Positions 32,481 through 34,459 of a DNA stretch of 34,459 bases are shown here, in pieces. Source of the stretch: Neoechinorhynchus agilis (Eukaryota; Animalia; Acanthocephala); NCBI GenBank assembly GCA_051530055.1, contig JBMGUZ010000026.1:1-34459 (forward strand). The letters are read 5' to 3'. The number at the start of each line of letters is the position of its first letter. Within the stretch, counting starts at the first letter, position 1. The notes under the pieces were generated by a model. The model made no database searches. It worked only from the letters and a program-made list of their open reading frames with translations, and was not told the origin of the DNA. Both the position numbers and the translations under genes were made by a program.

Positions 32481-32988
32481 TAATGAACCAGTATTCTACT
32501 TTTCCTCTCCTTCTAACCCTAACTTCAGCGCACAATACTCCCACGCAATTCGATTGGAATTCAACGATGCACACATTTTTTTACAATAAGCAATTTCTTA
32601 ATTGATAAAGATAGGAAAAGGTTAATGGATAGAAAGTAATACTACCAGGATAAAAGATTAATCTGGTCTTTTGGTCCTCCGAGGTGGTCTGAGATCGACC
32701 TAATACCTGAGGCCCAATAGAGCAGACGAAGGACCAACGATAACTGCTAGACTAACGAAAAACCCTAATTGTTATCTTACTAGTTGTATCAAAATCCAAT
32801 GCAAAAATGTACAAAACGGTCCTCTGCGTTCATCTTTTTTTCATTGAACAAACTGATGAACCAACGAAACGATTTGCTTTATGAGAGAACCCAAATTGAT
32901 TGATAATTGATTCTCCCAATTACCAGGTTAGTTGAGTCGCCGTAGCTCTTGGAATACAAAAAAATGTTATTGTTCCCAAATATCAACC

Positions 32989-34450
32989 ACAGAGGAAAGA
33001 TTTTTAGCAAATTTTGCGCTTTCAATTACTGAAATAATGAACGTATTATTAAACTCTATTGAAATTATGGATCGGATGGCAATATCGTCGGCGTCAATAA
33101 TGATGCTCGCGATTGGCTTCATTATTGGGTTAGCGGTGAGTAGAAGATTGCAGCATACAAAGTAACGGACAAAAAGTTCAATGAAAAAGGCGATTCAGAC
33201 ACAATTTATTGAGGTGATCGAAGTAGCAGAACAGGAAACGGAAATAGCAGGAACGGACGGCTTTAATGAGATTATTAAGGAAATTGCGAAAAGTTTTCGC
33301 AGCTACATGAAGAATTATGGGAAAGTAGATTTAAAAAAGACGATGGAAAATGGAATCCAACGAGATGGAATGAAGAGAAATGTGAAAGAGGAACTTTCAA
33401 ATGAGATGATAAAGTTTGTAGAACGGTTCCCGGCGATACAATCAATGATGAGTTTCGAAGTTTATGAAAATGACAATGATAATGGAGAATCAGTGAATGA
33501 AGAAATGGAAATCGACGAGAAATTTGAAGAACCTGGAGACGTGGCCAGAGAATCAAGAAAAAGGAAGTCAGATAATGAAACTGAAATCGATTCGGAGAAA
33601 AAACGCAAAAGGTGTTTTAGAAGCGATCAATGCGAATGGTTAATATTAGTAGCCGAGCTTCGCTATCAAAGCGATAAAAAAATGGAAGCTGTCGAACAAA
33701 ATCAAGATTCCGAAATGCTTTGGAATGAGAGAAAGGTTGAAGCCAAAGAAGTCGCAAATGAAATGAAACAATTAATTGTTACAAACGAAGACCAAATCTT
33801 AAATAATGCGCAGAGAATAATTGAATTTAGAAAAAAAACCAATGGAAAAACCGAAACATCCAAAAAGATGTTAATATTGTCGACGAGAAGAAATATGAAC
33901 CTATGAGGATAAAAGGATTCACAAAACAAAACACAGCAACATTTGAAGAACATAAATCGCTGAGAGTAAAGGAAATCCGTAAACGAACGGCAGGAAATAT
34001 TAATGAGGAGGGTGAAGGGGATTGGTTAAGTTCACTCGAAGAACTTGGAGCGCTAAAATTTGATCAAGAAGACGACCATAACCCAAGCAAAATGAGAAAA
34101 CGAAGCTCGCCAACGGATGATGAAGACGATAGAGATGGGTGGGGCCGTTCAATCGATCAGTTTCGAGAGCTGATTGATACCGAGAAAGACGGCGAACAAC
34201 CACAAGGATCGATGGATGGTCGGCAGCAATGCGCTTCAACTGCCAGTTGAAACTATCGATGAAGACGATTGTGGAAGACCAATCGATGAACTTGGAGCGC
34301 TAAAAATTAACAAAGAAGATGACCGTAACTCAAATAGGTTAAGAAAAATTCTAAAGCGAAGCTCTTGAACGGTATACAAGAAAAGCAATATCAAGTACTG
34401 ATATTAATGGGCTACTTTTATTGGTGTCATATAGATTAATCTAAGATGAG
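32989..34450 (+). pseudogene. Orphan multicopy gene, copy C (one 126-bp unit), inverted relative to A and B
   Basis: ORF pieces 32932-33165, 33181-33906, 33903-34250 and 34174-34368 are collinear with copies A and B. Confidence 0.8.
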
Positions 34451-34459
34451 GTATCTGAG

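Noticed and set aside
32665-32740. HDV-like ribozyme candidate (GGTCCT/AGGACC stem, CGAA)
   Set aside because: No P1/P3/L3 nested pseudoknot consensus could be built on either strand
32851-32880. CTGATGA..GAAAC hammerhead-like words (also CTGACGA at ~11498)
   Set aside because: No stem II pairing and no UH cleavage triplet in the right place
1-34459. UGA reassignment as a global explanation for in-frame TGAs
   Set aside because: PBX and the orphan genes terminate with TGA, and Trp is encoded by TGG in RPL23, PBX and MTPAP

Overview
Eukaryotic, AT-rich, compact animal DNA. The introns that can be defined by homology are mostly 41-56 nt; the taxon cannot be fixed from this window alone. The right half has three recognisable housekeeping/developmental genes: intronless RPL23 (-), head-to-head with a PBX/extradenticle TALE homeobox gene (+), then a 9-exon mitochondrial poly(A) polymerase MTPAP (+). 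PBX intron 1 (~3.7 kb) is filled by a ~90-bp satellite with a 9-mer higher-order repeat, and its homeodomain is interrupted at the TALE loop by a 50-nt stop-containing hairpin insertion. The left half is a repeat-rich accessory zone: remnants of RTE, Penelope-like, CRE, CR1/L2-like and possibly hAT elements; a 3x tandem chimeric unit carrying SPCS3 exon 1; and three copies of an orphan acidic repeat-protein gene, two of them forming a ~1.5-kb inverted pair. It also holds a co-oriented run of RNA-silencing/chromatin domain ORFs: triple TFIIS-N-like, Argonaute N domain, double Tudor and pre-SET/SET. All family assignments come from motifs recognised by eye, not from database searches.
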